Positions 1 through 10,353 of a DNA stretch of 64,000 nucleotides are shown piece by piece. The notes under the pieces are model-generated. The model ran no database searches and was not told where the DNA came from. It worked only from the letters and a program-made list of their open reading frames with translations. Numbering within the stretch: the stretch's first letter is position 1; each line of letters opens with the position of its first letter. Source of the stretch: Klebsiella pneumoniae (GTDB lineage: Bacteria; Pseudomonadota; Gammaproteobacteria; Eutrophobiales; Eutrophobiaceae). The translations under genes were made by a program, and so were the position numbers. Location of the stretch: the NCBI GenBank assembly GCA_945878555.1, contig CAMDWI010000020.1:16413-80412 (forward strand), read 5' to 3'.

Positions 1-173
1 GGGCCGGTAATTACCCAGATTATATCGATTTCAGGGTGATGACAAGCCGCTTGCCGACCTCCATAAAGTGGTACAGCCTGTGACTTCCTCCGGCCCGTCT
101 ATCTGCTATAGTAGGCCTACCGGTTATTCGAAGGTCCCTTCATGTTCATGGAAAACAGGATGCGCAGGCAAAG

Positions 174-956
174 ATGAATTTACACCGCACATCGTCATCA
201 CGTTCGATGCTGACCGGCCTGCTCTTGCTCGCGATCTTTCCGGCGGTCAGTGGCGATACGGTGTTGCAGAATACCGCACCGGTCTCCGAATTTGATTTTG
301 TGCGCATGTATTACAACTCCGGAAATCCGGTCACTGGCGGTGTCGGTTACAAAAATTCACATACCTGGCAGATAGACTGGCCCGACGCCGAATTGCATTT
401 CCTGCAAGGCCTGCGCCGCCTCACCCGCGTGAACGCCTCGGCAGAAGGGCGCATGGTTTCGCTGCTCGATGATGAGGTTTATAACTTTCCCTGGTTGTAT
501 GCGATCGAGGTTGGCCACTGGCATCTCAGCGATGAGGAGGCCGGACGGTTGCGCGAGTATCTGCTGCGCGGCGGGTTTCTGATGGTCGACGATTTCCATG
601 GCTCCCAGGAATGGGCCGGTTTCATGTCCTCACTGGAGCGCGTGTTCCCCGACCGCCAGTTTGAGGAGATAGACCCGAGCCATGAAGTAATGCATGTGTT
701 TTATGACGTGGACAAGAAGGTACAGATCCACGGGCTGCAATATTTCTATAGCGGGCGTACCTTTGAGAAGGACGGTATTGTGCCGCACTGGCGCGGCATT
801 TTTGATGATGACGGCCGGCTGATGGTCGCGATCAATTTCAATATGGACATGGGCGATGCCTGGGAGCATGCAGACACCTCCTATTATCCCGAGCCGATGA
901 CCGCACTGGCCTACCGGTTTGGTGTCAACTACGTTATCTATGCGATGACACATTAA
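174..956 (+). CDS. DUF4159 domain protein (exported)
   Basis: Signal-peptide-like N-terminus. Motifs W..DWPDAE, LREYLLRGGFLMVDDFHG, N.DMGDAWE and GVNYVIYAMTH are typical of DUF4159. Confidence 0.85.
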   Translation: MNLHRTSSSRSMLTGLLLLAIFPAVSGDTVLQNTAPVSEFDFVRMYYNSGNPVTGGVGYKNSHTWQIDWPDAELHFLQGLRRLTRVNASAEGRMVSLLDDEVYNFPWLYAIEVGHWHLSDEEAGRLREYLLRGGFLMVDDFHGSQEWAGFMSSLERVFPDRQFEEIDPSHEVMHVFYDVDKKVQIHGLQYFYSGRTFEKDGIVPHWRGIFDDDGRLMVAINFNMDMGDAWEHADTSYYPEPMTALAYRFGVNYVIYAMTH

Positions 957-958
957 TA

Positions 959-3187
959 ATGCAAGAATTCCTGCTCAAATATCCGCCGATGTTGTTCGAC
1001 CAGGGCGAACTCGTGTTTGCACGCGAGTGGCCGTTGTGGGCAGGTTACGCCGTGCTCGCAGCCGTGGCGGTACTCGTACTGGCGATGCTGGTGTGGAAGC
1101 GGCGTTCGCTGGTGTGGTGGCAGCTCGGCGTGATTGGTCTGTTGCAGACCGCGATGGTTGCGCTTGTGCTGCTGATGATCTGGCAACCGGCGATCCTGAC
1201 CGAACAATTGCGACAAGGTGACAACGTGGTCGCACTGATGCTGGACACATCCAGCAGCATGAACTACAGCGAGGGCGAGACCGCGCGTATGCAGCAGGCG
1301 ATGTCCGTCATCAATGGTGAGGCGATAGCGCGTGTCGGTTCGCAATATACACTGCAACGATTTGTGTTCGCCGCCGATGCCCGCAGCGTTGACAGTTACG
1401 AACCCTTGCCAGCACCGACGGCACAGTCCAGCCTCGGTAACTCCGTGCAGCAGGTGCTGTCGATGTCACGTGCCAGCCCGCTCGGTGCAGTCGTGCTCGT
1501 CAGTGACGGTGCCGACAATGCCGGTGCATTGACGCAGGAGCAGCTGGCCGAGATTGCACGCTTCGGTGTGCCGGTACATACGATCGGCATAGGTAATGAA
1601 CGGATCGCCGAGGACCTCGAGTTACAGGACATCACGCTGCCGGGCCAGGCGATGCCGGGTACGATCCTGACCGCACGCGTGGCGATACGCCATGATGAGC
1701 CAGGTGTGGCCAGGTTAAAGGTGTATGACGGCGACAATCTGATCACCGCGAACGAGATCCAGCTGCAACCGGGTACCGGTGTGACCACTGCCTGGGTTGA
1801 TGTGCCGGTCTCGGAGGCGGGCTACCGTGATCTGCGCTTTACGCTGGATGCAAGACCGGGTGAACAGATCGTCGAAAACAATACCCGCTCCCGTGTGGTC
1901 GAGGTCAAGGAAGAGAAATACCGCGTGCTCTATATAGAAGGAGAGCCACGCTGGGAATACAAGTTCATGCGCCGCGCACTGGAGAAGGACCCGAGTGTCG
2001 AACTGGTCAGCCTGTTACGCGTCAGCCAGAACAAGTTTTATCGCCAGGGTATCCATTCTGAAGAGGAGCTCGCCGCCGGCTTCCCGGTCGACAAGGCCGA
2101 GCTGTTCGGCTTCAATGCGCTGATCATCGGCAGCATTGAGGCGCCGGTCTTCAGCGCCGAGCAACAGCAGCTGATCCATGATTTTGTAAATGAACGTGGC
2201 GGTAATCTGCTGATGCTGGCCGGTCCGAATGGCCTCGGCAATGGCGGCTGGGGTAACGCGGTCGTGGGCGAAATGTTGCCGGTGACATTACCAGCGGACG
2301 CCGCCGGCTTTGTGCGCTCGAAGGCCCGTGCCCTGTTATCACCGGCCGGTGTACAGTCACCGATGTTGAAACTGAGCCAGGACGTGGAAGAGAACCGCCG
2401 GTTGTGGCAGGAGCTGCCGGAGCTGGCGGACTATCAGAGTGTCGGTGCATTAAAACCGGCCTCGACGACATTATTGAATGTACAACTGGACGATGGCGAA
2501 CGACCGTTGTTGATCACCCAGCCGTACGGACGCGGCCAGACCTTTGTACTGGCGACCGGCGGCACCTGGCGCTGGCAGATGAGTCTGCCGTCCGAGGACC
2601 AGCGCCATGAGACCTTCTGGCGCCAGCTGCTGCGCGAGATGGTCATCAACACACCCGGACGATTCCGTCTGTTTACCGAGGTCAGCGGCGATGAGGTGCG
2701 GGTCAACGCCGAACTGCTCGATCCGGATTTCAAACCGGCACGTGACCTGCGGCTGACGGCGATCGTCTCGGCCGCCGATGGCAGCAGTAACACGCTGGAG
2801 TTGCAACCGTCGGCCAGCCTGCCCGGTGTGATGACGGCAGCATTCACGGCCGATCAGAGTGGTCTGTACAGCATCGAGGCCATCTCCCGGCGCGGAGATG
2901 AACCGGTCGATGCCGCCCGTATCGCCGTCCACCATGATGCCGGCACAGCTGAGTTTTATTCGCTGCGCAAGAACAATGCACTGCTGCAACAGCTGGCCGT
3001 GGCGACTGGTGGCCGTAACTGGGCGCTGGACGAACTCGATGAACTCGCGCAGGCGATCAGCTACTCCGCCGCCGGTATCACCGAACAACAACTGCACCCG
3101 CTGTGGGACGCGCCGCTGTTGTTCCTGTTATTACTGTTACTGAAGGCGGCCGAATGGACGCTGCGACGCTACTGGAAGACGATATGA
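959..3187 (+). CDS. Membrane-anchored vWA + Ig-like + class I glutamine-amidotransferase-like domain protein
   Basis: Two N-terminal TM helices; MIDAS LDTSSSM and VLVSDG; VLYIEGEPRWEYKFMRRAL; C-terminal TM (PLWD..LLFLLLLLL..EW.LRR). Confidence 0.8.
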   Translation: MQEFLLKYPPMLFDQGELVFAREWPLWAGYAVLAAVAVLVLAMLVWKRRSLVWWQLGVIGLLQTAMVALVLLMIWQPAILTEQLRQGDNVVALMLDTSSSMNYSEGETARMQQAMSVINGEAIARVGSQYTLQRFVFAADARSVDSYEPLPAPTAQSSLGNSVQQVLSMSRASPLGAVVLVSDGADNAGALTQEQLAEIARFGVPVHTIGIGNERIAEDLELQDITLPGQAMPGTILTARVAIRHDEPGVARLKVYDGDNLITANEIQLQPGTGVTTAWVDVPVSEAGYRDLRFTLDARPGEQIVENNTRSRVVEVKEEKYRVLYIEGEPRWEYKFMRRALEKDPSVELVSLLRVSQNKFYRQGIHSEEELAAGFPVDKAELFGFNALIIGSIEAPVFSAEQQQLIHDFVNERGGNLLMLAGPNGLGNGGWGNAVVGEMLPVTLPADAAGFVRSKARALLSPAGVQSPMLKLSQDVEENRRLWQELPELADYQSVGALKPASTTLLNVQLDDGERPLLITQPYGRGQTFVLATGGTWRWQMSLPSEDQRHETFWRQLLREMVINTPGRFRLFTEVSGDEVRVNAELLDPDFKPARDLRLTAIVSAADGSSNTLELQPSASLPGVMTAAFTADQSGLYSIEAISRRGDEPVDAARIAVHHDAGTAEFYSLRKNNALLQQLAVATGGRNWALDELDELAQAISYSAAGITEQQLHPLWDAPLLFLLLLLLKAAEWTLRRYWKTI

Positions 3188-4089
3188 TGATCAGAACAGG
3201 ATTAGTCGGTCTGTTACTGCTGTTACCGCTGTGTGCGACGGCCGAGCAGTACATCACCATCATCCAGGGCCTCGATGGTAATGAGGAATACGGCAAACAG
3301 TTCACGGCGCAGTCGGAAAAATTGCTGGCCGCCGCGTCCTCGGTCACCGGCAAGGATCAGGTAAAGTTACTGAACGGTGACGCGGCCAGCCGCGAGCAGG
3401 TGCAGGCACATTTCGATGCGCTGGCAAAGGCGATGAAACCGGCCGATCGACTGACTGTGTATCTGGTCGGCCATGGCAGTTATGACGGGTTCGAATACAA
3501 GTTCAATATCCCCGGCCCGGACCTGACCGGCGACGACCTCGCGAACATGCTGGGTGCCCAACCGGCGAAGCAACAAATCATCGTCAACCTCGGCAGCTCC
3601 AGCGGGGCGACCCAGACGCTGTTGAAGGCGGACAACCGCACCGTGGTCACGGCCACGCGTAATGGTGAGGAACGTCTGGCGACACGCTTCGGAACCTATT
3701 TTGCAAATGCACTGGAAGACAGTGCGGCGGACATCAACAAGAACGAGGCGGTGTCCTTGCAAGAGGCGTTTGATTACGCCGGCCGCATGGTGAAGGACTA
3801 TTTTGAAAGCCAGGGTCAGCTCGCGACCGAACATGCGGTCATGGAGGGCGGTCAGGCGGCACAACTGGTGCTTGCACGCATGAGTAAACGTCCGGCACAG
3901 GGTGCTGACCCGGAACTGGTGCAGCTGGTACAACAGCGCGAACAGCTCGACATCAGCATCGAACAGTTGCAACTGCGCAAGGCCGAGATGGCTCCGGAGC
4001 AGTATATGAATGAGTTGCAGCAGTTGATGATAGACCTGTCCGTCGTACAGGACCGGATCGACAGCAAGGAGGCCCCGGGTGCAGAGTAG
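3184..4089 (+). CDS. Exported caspase/C13-fold (clan CD-like) protein, probably lacking the catalytic Cys
   Basis: ATG 3184 overlaps the upstream stop (ATGA); signal peptide; LVGHGS motif; NLGSSSG where a Cys motif is expected; C-terminal coiled coil. Confidence 0.65.
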   Translation: MMIRTGLVGLLLLLPLCATAEQYITIIQGLDGNEEYGKQFTAQSEKLLAAASSVTGKDQVKLLNGDAASREQVQAHFDALAKAMKPADRLTVYLVGHGSYDGFEYKFNIPGPDLTGDDLANMLGAQPAKQQIIVNLGSSSGATQTLLKADNRTVVTATRNGEERLATRFGTYFANALEDSAADINKNEAVSLQEAFDYAGRMVKDYFESQGQLATEHAVMEGGQAAQLVLARMSKRPAQGADPELVQLVQQREQLDISIEQLQLRKAEMAPEQYMNELQQLMIDLSVVQDRIDSKEAPGAE

Positions 4090-6394
4090 TGCATCACTGA
4101 TGGCCGTGCTCACCCCGGTTGTGCTGGGCTTGACCCTGTTGCTGGTGACGACAGCACATGCGCGCTCGATCCACTATGGCGCGATAGACAATACGGACTT
4201 GCTTGCCTGCGACAAACTCGACTGGGGCGGAAAGATCGCGCAGGCAGACAGCTGTTATAAAACCCTGTTACAACAGAACACGGATCCGGCGATACAGGCC
4301 GAGGCACGCTGGGCGCTGGGCGATATCAAGGGCGCGAACACGCTGTTCCAGTCTGCGGTCAAGCTGCGGCCGGACGATGCGAATGTCCGTCTGCGCTGGG
4401 GCGAGTTGTTTATGCAGACCTATCAGTATCAGGACGCGTTTGACTTGTACACCGAGGCCTTGCAGATCGAACCGGACAATGCGTTTGCGAATGTCGGTGC
4501 CTCACGTGCACTGGTCGAGCGCTTCGAGGCGGACGCTGTCAAATATCTCGAACCGGTGCTCGACAATCCCGCTGCCCCGGCCGGCGCCCGGTTGCAAGGC
4601 ACGATTATCCTGGCGCGACTGGCGATGGAGGCGTCTGACATGGACGGTGCGACCGCGCAGTTAAAACAGGCCGAACAGATCGCCACCGAGGCCGGTCTGC
4701 CGCTGCTGGAGGTCTATGCACTGTATGCCACGATGGATCTGTTGCTGAATAAAAAGGACAGCGCGTGGATCAAAAAGGCACAACAGATCAATCCTGTCTG
4801 GGGCGATCTGTATGCGATCCCCGGATATTTTTTCTGGATCAGTCGCCGTTATCGTGAGGCGATCGAGCTGTATGGCGAGGCGGTGCGCATCCAGCCGGAT
4901 CACTGGATAGCGCACATGGAACTCGGCATCAACCTGCTGCGCAATAACGAAGTGACGCGTGCACGCGAGCATCTGCAGATGGCCTATCAGGGCGACCCGT
5001 ACAACCCAAAGACGGTCAACACGCTGCGGCTGCTCGACACGTTTGTTGATTTCGATTTGCTCAACCGGCCCGAAAAACCGGCGGCCAGTATGTTCCCGAA
5101 GATGACATTCCGCCTGCACAAGGACGAGAGCGGCGTGCTGGTATCCTATGCCGAGAAGCTGGCCGGGCAGGGTATCGACGAGTTTACCCGGCGTTACCGG
5201 TTCGAACCGAAAGAACCGGTTGTGATTGAGATCTATCCTAACCACGATGACTTTGTCGTGCGCACGATCGGCATGCCCGGCGTCGGCATACTCGGTGCGA
5301 CGTTTGGCTATCTGTTCGCGATGGACTCACCGACGGATCACCCCGAAAACGAATATCACTGGGGCACCACGTTGTGGCATGAGCTCGCTCATGTGTTCAC
5401 GCTGGAGGTAACCGACCACATGATCCCGCGCTGGTTCAGCGAGGGCATATCGGTGTATGAGGAGTGGCGTTACGGGCCGATCAAGGGAGTGCGCATCCCG
5501 GTCAATGTGTATGAGGCGATGGTGCAGCAGAAATTCCTGCCGATTGCTGATCTCGACAGTGGCTTTATTCGCCCGACCTACGATGAACAGGTGATAGTGT
5601 CGTATATGCAGGCCGGGCTGGTCTGTGATTTCATTGATCAGAAATATGGCTTCAACAAGATCAACGATATGCTGGAGCAGTTCCGCCAGGGCAAGAATAC
5701 GGCGACCGTGATTGAAAGTGTGTTCGGTATCGCGCCGACTGATTTTGATGCGCAGTTTAACAACTGGCTGCGTGAGCAACACGGTGAGGTGCTGCGCCAG
5801 CTGGAGCCGTGGAAGGAGCTGCAGAAGGAAAGTGTGCAGGCGTTTATGGAAGAGGACTGGGATAGTGTGATCGAACCGGCCGAGGCCGCGATTGCCCTGT
5901 TCCCCGAATACGTCGAGGCCGACAGCCCGTATGTGCAACTGGCGCAAGCGTATGCGGCCACCGATGCAGTCGACAAGGAACTGGAGACACTGCTGGCCTT
6001 CTGGCAGCGTGGCGGCTTTGTGCCGGAGGCCTTGTGGAAGCTGGCCAATATCCTCTACGGCAAGGACCGCAAGACCGAGGCAATTGAGGTACTCTACAGC
6101 ATCAACTGGGTCAACCCGTTCAATACCGAATTACATGCAACGCTGGGTGACTGGATGCTGGAGGCGGGTGATACCGAGCAGGCGCTGAACGAATACCAGG
6201 TGTTGCTGGCGATGAACCCGCATGATCTCGCCGATGCGCATTATCGCGTGGCCCGTGCGAATCATCTGCTGAAGCGAGATGAAGAGGCCCGCAAACATCT
6301 GTTGTCTGCACTGGAGATTGCGCCGCACTTCCGGCCTGCGCAGAAACTGTTACTTGAAACGACCCAACAACCCAAACAGCAAAAGCCACAATAA
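4079..6394 (+). CDS. TPR-repeat protein with central peptidase MA/gluzincin domain
   Basis: Signal peptide; TPR-like helical repeats on both sides; HELAH followed by PRWFSEG. GTG start preceded by GGAGG (alternative ATG at 4100). Confidence 0.85.
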   Translation: MQSSASLMAVLTPVVLGLTLLLVTTAHARSIHYGAIDNTDLLACDKLDWGGKIAQADSCYKTLLQQNTDPAIQAEARWALGDIKGANTLFQSAVKLRPDDANVRLRWGELFMQTYQYQDAFDLYTEALQIEPDNAFANVGASRALVERFEADAVKYLEPVLDNPAAPAGARLQGTIILARLAMEASDMDGATAQLKQAEQIATEAGLPLLEVYALYATMDLLLNKKDSAWIKKAQQINPVWGDLYAIPGYFFWISRRYREAIELYGEAVRIQPDHWIAHMELGINLLRNNEVTRAREHLQMAYQGDPYNPKTVNTLRLLDTFVDFDLLNRPEKPAASMFPKMTFRLHKDESGVLVSYAEKLAGQGIDEFTRRYRFEPKEPVVIEIYPNHDDFVVRTIGMPGVGILGATFGYLFAMDSPTDHPENEYHWGTTLWHELAHVFTLEVTDHMIPRWFSEGISVYEEWRYGPIKGVRIPVNVYEAMVQQKFLPIADLDSGFIRPTYDEQVIVSYMQAGLVCDFIDQKYGFNKINDMLEQFRQGKNTATVIESVFGIAPTDFDAQFNNWLREQHGEVLRQLEPWKELQKESVQAFMEEDWDSVIEPAEAAIALFPEYVEADSPYVQLAQAYAATDAVDKELETLLAFWQRGGFVPEALWKLANILYGKDRKTEAIEVLYSINWVNPFNTELHATLGDWMLEAGDTEQALNEYQVLLAMNPHDLADAHYRVARANHLLKRDEEARKHLLSALEIAPHFRPAQKLLLETTQQPKQQKPQ

Positions 6395-6413
6395 CAGGGA
6401 GGCAGTGAACCTC

Positions 6414-7439
6414 ATGTCAGAAACACAACTCGATGCAATGGATGCCAGTGCGGAAGGTGTACGTCCGCTGGTGGAGAACTTCCGGTCCGCCATGGGCCGC
6501 ATACGTACCGAAGTACGCAAGGTCATCGTCGGCCAGGACGAGGTGGTCGAACACCTGTTAATCACACTGCTGGTCGGCAGTCATTGTCTGATTACCGGTA
6601 TGCCCGGTACGGCAAAGACGATGCTGGTGCGCACACTGGCCAGTTCGCTCGGCCTGACCTACAAGCGTATCCAGTTCACACCGGATCTGATGCCAACCGA
6701 CGTGACCGGCACCGACATCATCGAGGACGACCCGACCACCGGCCACAAGACCTGGACGTTTGTGCCCGGTCCAGTGTTTACCAATGTGCTGCTCGCCGAT
6801 GAGATCAACCGTACACCACCAAAGACCCAATCGGCGCTGCTGGAGGCGATGCAGGAACGCTCGGTCACCGTGCGTGGCAAGAACCATATCCTGCCCCCAC
6901 CGTTCCTCGTGCTCGCCACCCAGAACCCGATCGAACTGGAAGGCACCTATCCGTTGCCCGAGGCGCAGCTGGATCGCTTCCTCTTTAATGTTGTGCTCGA
7001 TTATCTGAGTGCCGACGATGAACTGGCCGTAGTCAACCGCTACACCACCCGGGTCGATATGCCACAGGTCGATGTGTGTACGAATGCGGAGGAGATCCTC
7101 AAATACCAGTGGCTGGTACGCCAGGTGCCGGTCTCTGAATCCGTCAATCGCTATGCGGTCAATCTGGTCCGTGCCACACGACCAAAAGAAGAAGCCTCAC
7201 CCGACATCGTCAAACGTTATGTGAATTTCGGCGCCAGCGTACGCGCAACCATGTTCCTGACACTGGCGGCAAAGGCGCATGCCTTGCTGCAAGGTCGTTA
7301 TCATGTGACCGAGGCAGACATTGCCGCGATAGCGAGGCCGGTGCTGCGTCACCGTGTGCTGACCAACTACCATGCCGAGTCCGACCGCGTGACGGTGGAT
7401 GACGTACTGCAAGGTGTGATCGACAGCGTTCGGGTCTGA
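6414..7439 (+). CDS. moxR: MoxR family AAA+ ATPase
   Basis: Walker A GMPGTAKT, RIQFTPDLMP, Walker B LLADEINR, ATQNPIE.EGTYPLPEAQLDRF; RBS GGGAGG upstream. Confidence 0.95.
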   Translation: MSETQLDAMDASAEGVRPLVENFRSAMGRIRTEVRKVIVGQDEVVEHLLITLLVGSHCLITGMPGTAKTMLVRTLASSLGLTYKRIQFTPDLMPTDVTGTDIIEDDPTTGHKTWTFVPGPVFTNVLLADEINRTPPKTQSALLEAMQERSVTVRGKNHILPPPFLVLATQNPIELEGTYPLPEAQLDRFLFNVVLDYLSADDELAVVNRYTTRVDMPQVDVCTNAEEILKYQWLVRQVPVSESVNRYAVNLVRATRPKEEASPDIVKRYVNFGASVRATMFLTLAAKAHALLQGRYHVTEADIAAIARPVLRHRVLTNYHAESDRVTVDDVLQGVIDSVRV

Positions 7440-7447
7440 TAACAGAC

Positions 7448-8353
7448 ATGTCCAGCGTACCCTCACAACCGACCCGCCTGCTGAAACCAGAGGTGCTCGC
7501 CAGTCTGTCGACACTGGATCTGGTCGCGCGCGTGGTAGTTGAGGGTTTTCTGACCGGATTACATCGCTCACCCTCGTTTGGCTTCAGCCAGGAGTTTGCC
7601 GAGTACCGGGAATACTCCGAAGGCGACGACCTGCGCTTTATCGACTGGAATGTGTACGCACGTTCGGACCGCACCTATATCAAACGCTTCCTCGGCGAGA
7701 CGAACAGCCATCTGGTGATGTTGCTCGATGCGAGTGCGTCGATGGGCTACGGCACCGGCCAGGTGACGAAGCTGCAATACGGCCAGTATCTCGCCGCCTG
7801 TCTCGCGTATCTCGCCTCGCGCCAGCACGATGCGATAGGCTGCATCGTATTTGATGAAGAGGTGCGTGACTACCGTCCACCAACAACCCGCAGCGGCAAC
7901 CTGATGGCGGTGTTACATACGATTGATCGCGCCACCGCCGCCCACGGCACCAATCTGGACAAACCGTTCCGCCAGTTCGCCGGGCTGACCAGTCATCGTG
8001 GCATGGTCGCGGTCATCTCGGATTTTTATTGTGATGCCGAACAGATGATCGCCAGCGTGCGTCCGCTCGCGTTTCGCGGACAGGACATCGTGTTGTTCCA
8101 CTTGCTCGATCCGGGCGAGATCAATCTGAAGTTTGATGAGGCCACCTTGCTCGAAGATGCGGAGACCGGTAACGCGGTCGAGGTGTCCGGGAAGTTTATC
8201 CGCGAGGGCTACAGCGCGCGCATGCAGCAACATATCGATGCGATCCGCAAGGCCGCCGCCGGCGTTGGTGCGGACCATGTGCTCGTCAATACCGACGAAC
8301 CGCTGGATCAGGCGCTGCGTAATTACCTGATGTTCAGACAGAGGCGTAAATAA
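7448..8353 (+). CDS. DUF58 family vWA-like protein (MoxR partner)
   Basis: GLHRS...G.S.EFAEYREY..GDDLRFIDWNVYAR; LLDASASM; VISDF. Confidence 0.92.
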   Translation: MSSVPSQPTRLLKPEVLASLSTLDLVARVVVEGFLTGLHRSPSFGFSQEFAEYREYSEGDDLRFIDWNVYARSDRTYIKRFLGETNSHLVMLLDASASMGYGTGQVTKLQYGQYLAACLAYLASRQHDAIGCIVFDEEVRDYRPPTTRSGNLMAVLHTIDRATAAHGTNLDKPFRQFAGLTSHRGMVAVISDFYCDAEQMIASVRPLAFRGQDIVLFHLLDPGEINLKFDEATLLEDAETGNAVEVSGKFIREGYSARMQQHIDAIRKAAAGVGADHVLVNTDEPLDQALRNYLMFRQRRK

Positions 8354-8355
8354 CG

Positions 8356-10353
8356 ATGGCCCTGCTCGCACCGTTGTTCCTGCTCGGCGTACTCGCCATC
8401 GGCCTGCCGATCTGGCTGCACCGTTTACAGACCCAGAGCCCGGAGCGTCGCCGGTTCAGCTCAACCATGTTGCTCGAACAAAGCCGGCAACAGGTCCATC
8501 TGAAGAAGAAACTGCGTTATCTGTTATTGCTGGCCCTGCGCATTGCCTTGCTGACGTTGCTGGCACTGACGTTTGCCAAGCCGGTGTGGGAGCGCGAGAC
8601 CGCGGTGACGATGGCGCCGGGTTCGATCCTGCACGTGATCGTGATCGACACCTCATACTCGATGCAATACGAGGGCTGGTTTGATCAGGCGCAACAACAG
8701 GCAAACCAGATCATCACCGCAATGGCCGACGGCGATGTGGCGCAGATTATCTCCGCCAGTAACAATGTCGAGGTGAAGACCGAGCCGTCTGCGCTGCGTG
8801 CCGATCTGGTCGCCACGATCGATGCGTTGCAGGCGGGCACCGGTCATCTCGATTTCGGCGCGATGATGTCCGGTGTGAACAATCTGATCCGCGACTACAA
8901 ACAGAACATCATTATTCATCTGATCAGTGATTTTCAGAGCAGCGGTCTGCCTTCGCGATTTGCAGACCTCGTGCCCGAATCACGCAGCAACCACCTGACC
9001 GAATTGCAGTTGTATCCGGTCAGCGGGGAGAGCATACGCAATCTGTATGTCGACACAATCACACGGACGCCGCACGGGCTCGATGTCGGTATACGGGGCA
9101 ATCATACCGAGCCTACCGACATTGAGGTGTCCCTGAATATCAATGGTGTGCAGAGTGGACAACAAACAGTCACAGTCGAGGCCGGTGGCCAGGCCAGTCT
9201 TACCTTTACCGTCGACAAATATGAGGAAGGGGACAACCGTGTCGCGGCCGTGCTGCAACAGGACGACGGGCTGCTGGCGGACAACATACGGTATGCGGTC
9301 GTTGATAACACGCCACCGCGACCGGTGTTGTTATTAACGAACGATGTGCAGGCCTTGCCGGTGACTTACCTGCGCGCCGCGCTCGAGGCCGGGCAGCAGG
9401 GCTACCGCGTCGAGCCGGTCAACATCAATGAATTCGATGCCCGTATCCTGCAGCGCTATCCGTGGATCATCATTGATGATATCGGCATTATCAGCGGCGG
9501 CCTCTTGACCAGCCTGACGGAATATCTGCAAGGCGGTGGTGCGATCCTCGCCGCCTCCGGTGAACGGGCGATTGCGCAGGCAAGCTTGCCCTTGCTCAAT
9601 TATGCGGTCCGCCAGACCAACCTGACGGCCGCCGGGACGCAACCGAGTGCGGTCACCGGTGTCGATGCCAGCCATCCGGTGCTCGCGGCGACCAGCGGCT
9701 GGCGTGATGTGGCGGTGTCGCGTTATCTGGATCTGGTCACCGATGCCGAGGCGCATACGATGGTCAGCCTGGATAACGGTGCTCCGTTATTACTGGAGCG
9801 CCGCTTTAACCAGGGACGCCTGTTGTTGTTCACCAGCAGTCTGGACAATCGCTGGAACGACATCCCGATCCGCCCGGTGTTCGTCAACTTTCTCGCCGAG
9901 GCCGCACGTTACCTGTCCGGTCGCGACCAGTTAAAACGCAACCAGATTGCCGGTGATTATATGCAGTTGCTACGCTCCGGCTCAGCCGCCGGGCAGATGG
10001 TCGCCCCGGACGGGCGCACCGTATTGTCGCTGGCCGATACGCATCGCACCCAGCAGATCCGCATGGACCTGACCGGCTTTTATGAGATCTATACTGCTGA
10101 TTCTGAACAATTAATTGCGGTCAATGCGGATCTGCGCGAGTCGGATCTGGCCGTTATGCCGCCCGCCGATATCCAGCGCTGGAAGGACGCAGTCGAGGGC
10201 AGCACGGCGGCATCCGACGGTGCCGGGGAGATCAAGATTCAGCAGGAACCGGTACAGTTATGGCATATACTGCTCATATTGTTTGGAATCGTTGTACTGG
10301 TTGAATCACTGCTCGGCAATACCTACCTTGGTGCCGGGCGAGGGTCGGTGTAA
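8356..10353 (+). CDS. BatA-type N-terminal double-TM + vWA domain protein
   Basis: N-terminus LAPLFLLGVLAIGLPIWLHRL...LLLALR (aerotolerance-regulator type); MIDAS IDTSYSM; ISDFQ; C-terminal TM with LW..L...E. Confidence 0.85.
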   Translation: MALLAPLFLLGVLAIGLPIWLHRLQTQSPERRRFSSTMLLEQSRQQVHLKKKLRYLLLLALRIALLTLLALTFAKPVWERETAVTMAPGSILHVIVIDTSYSMQYEGWFDQAQQQANQIITAMADGDVAQIISASNNVEVKTEPSALRADLVATIDALQAGTGHLDFGAMMSGVNNLIRDYKQNIIIHLISDFQSSGLPSRFADLVPESRSNHLTELQLYPVSGESIRNLYVDTITRTPHGLDVGIRGNHTEPTDIEVSLNINGVQSGQQTVTVEAGGQASLTFTVDKYEEGDNRVAAVLQQDDGLLADNIRYAVVDNTPPRPVLLLTNDVQALPVTYLRAALEAGQQGYRVEPVNINEFDARILQRYPWIIIDDIGIISGGLLTSLTEYLQGGGAILAASGERAIAQASLPLLNYAVRQTNLTAAGTQPSAVTGVDASHPVLAATSGWRDVAVSRYLDLVTDAEAHTMVSLDNGAPLLLERRFNQGRLLLFTSSLDNRWNDIPIRPVFVNFLAEAARYLSGRDQLKRNQIAGDYMQLLRSGSAAGQMVAPDGRTVLSLADTHRTQQIRMDLTGFYEIYTADSEQLIAVNADLRESDLAVMPPADIQRWKDAVEGSTAASDGAGEIKIQQEPVQLWHILLILFGIVVLVESLLGNTYLGAGRGSV

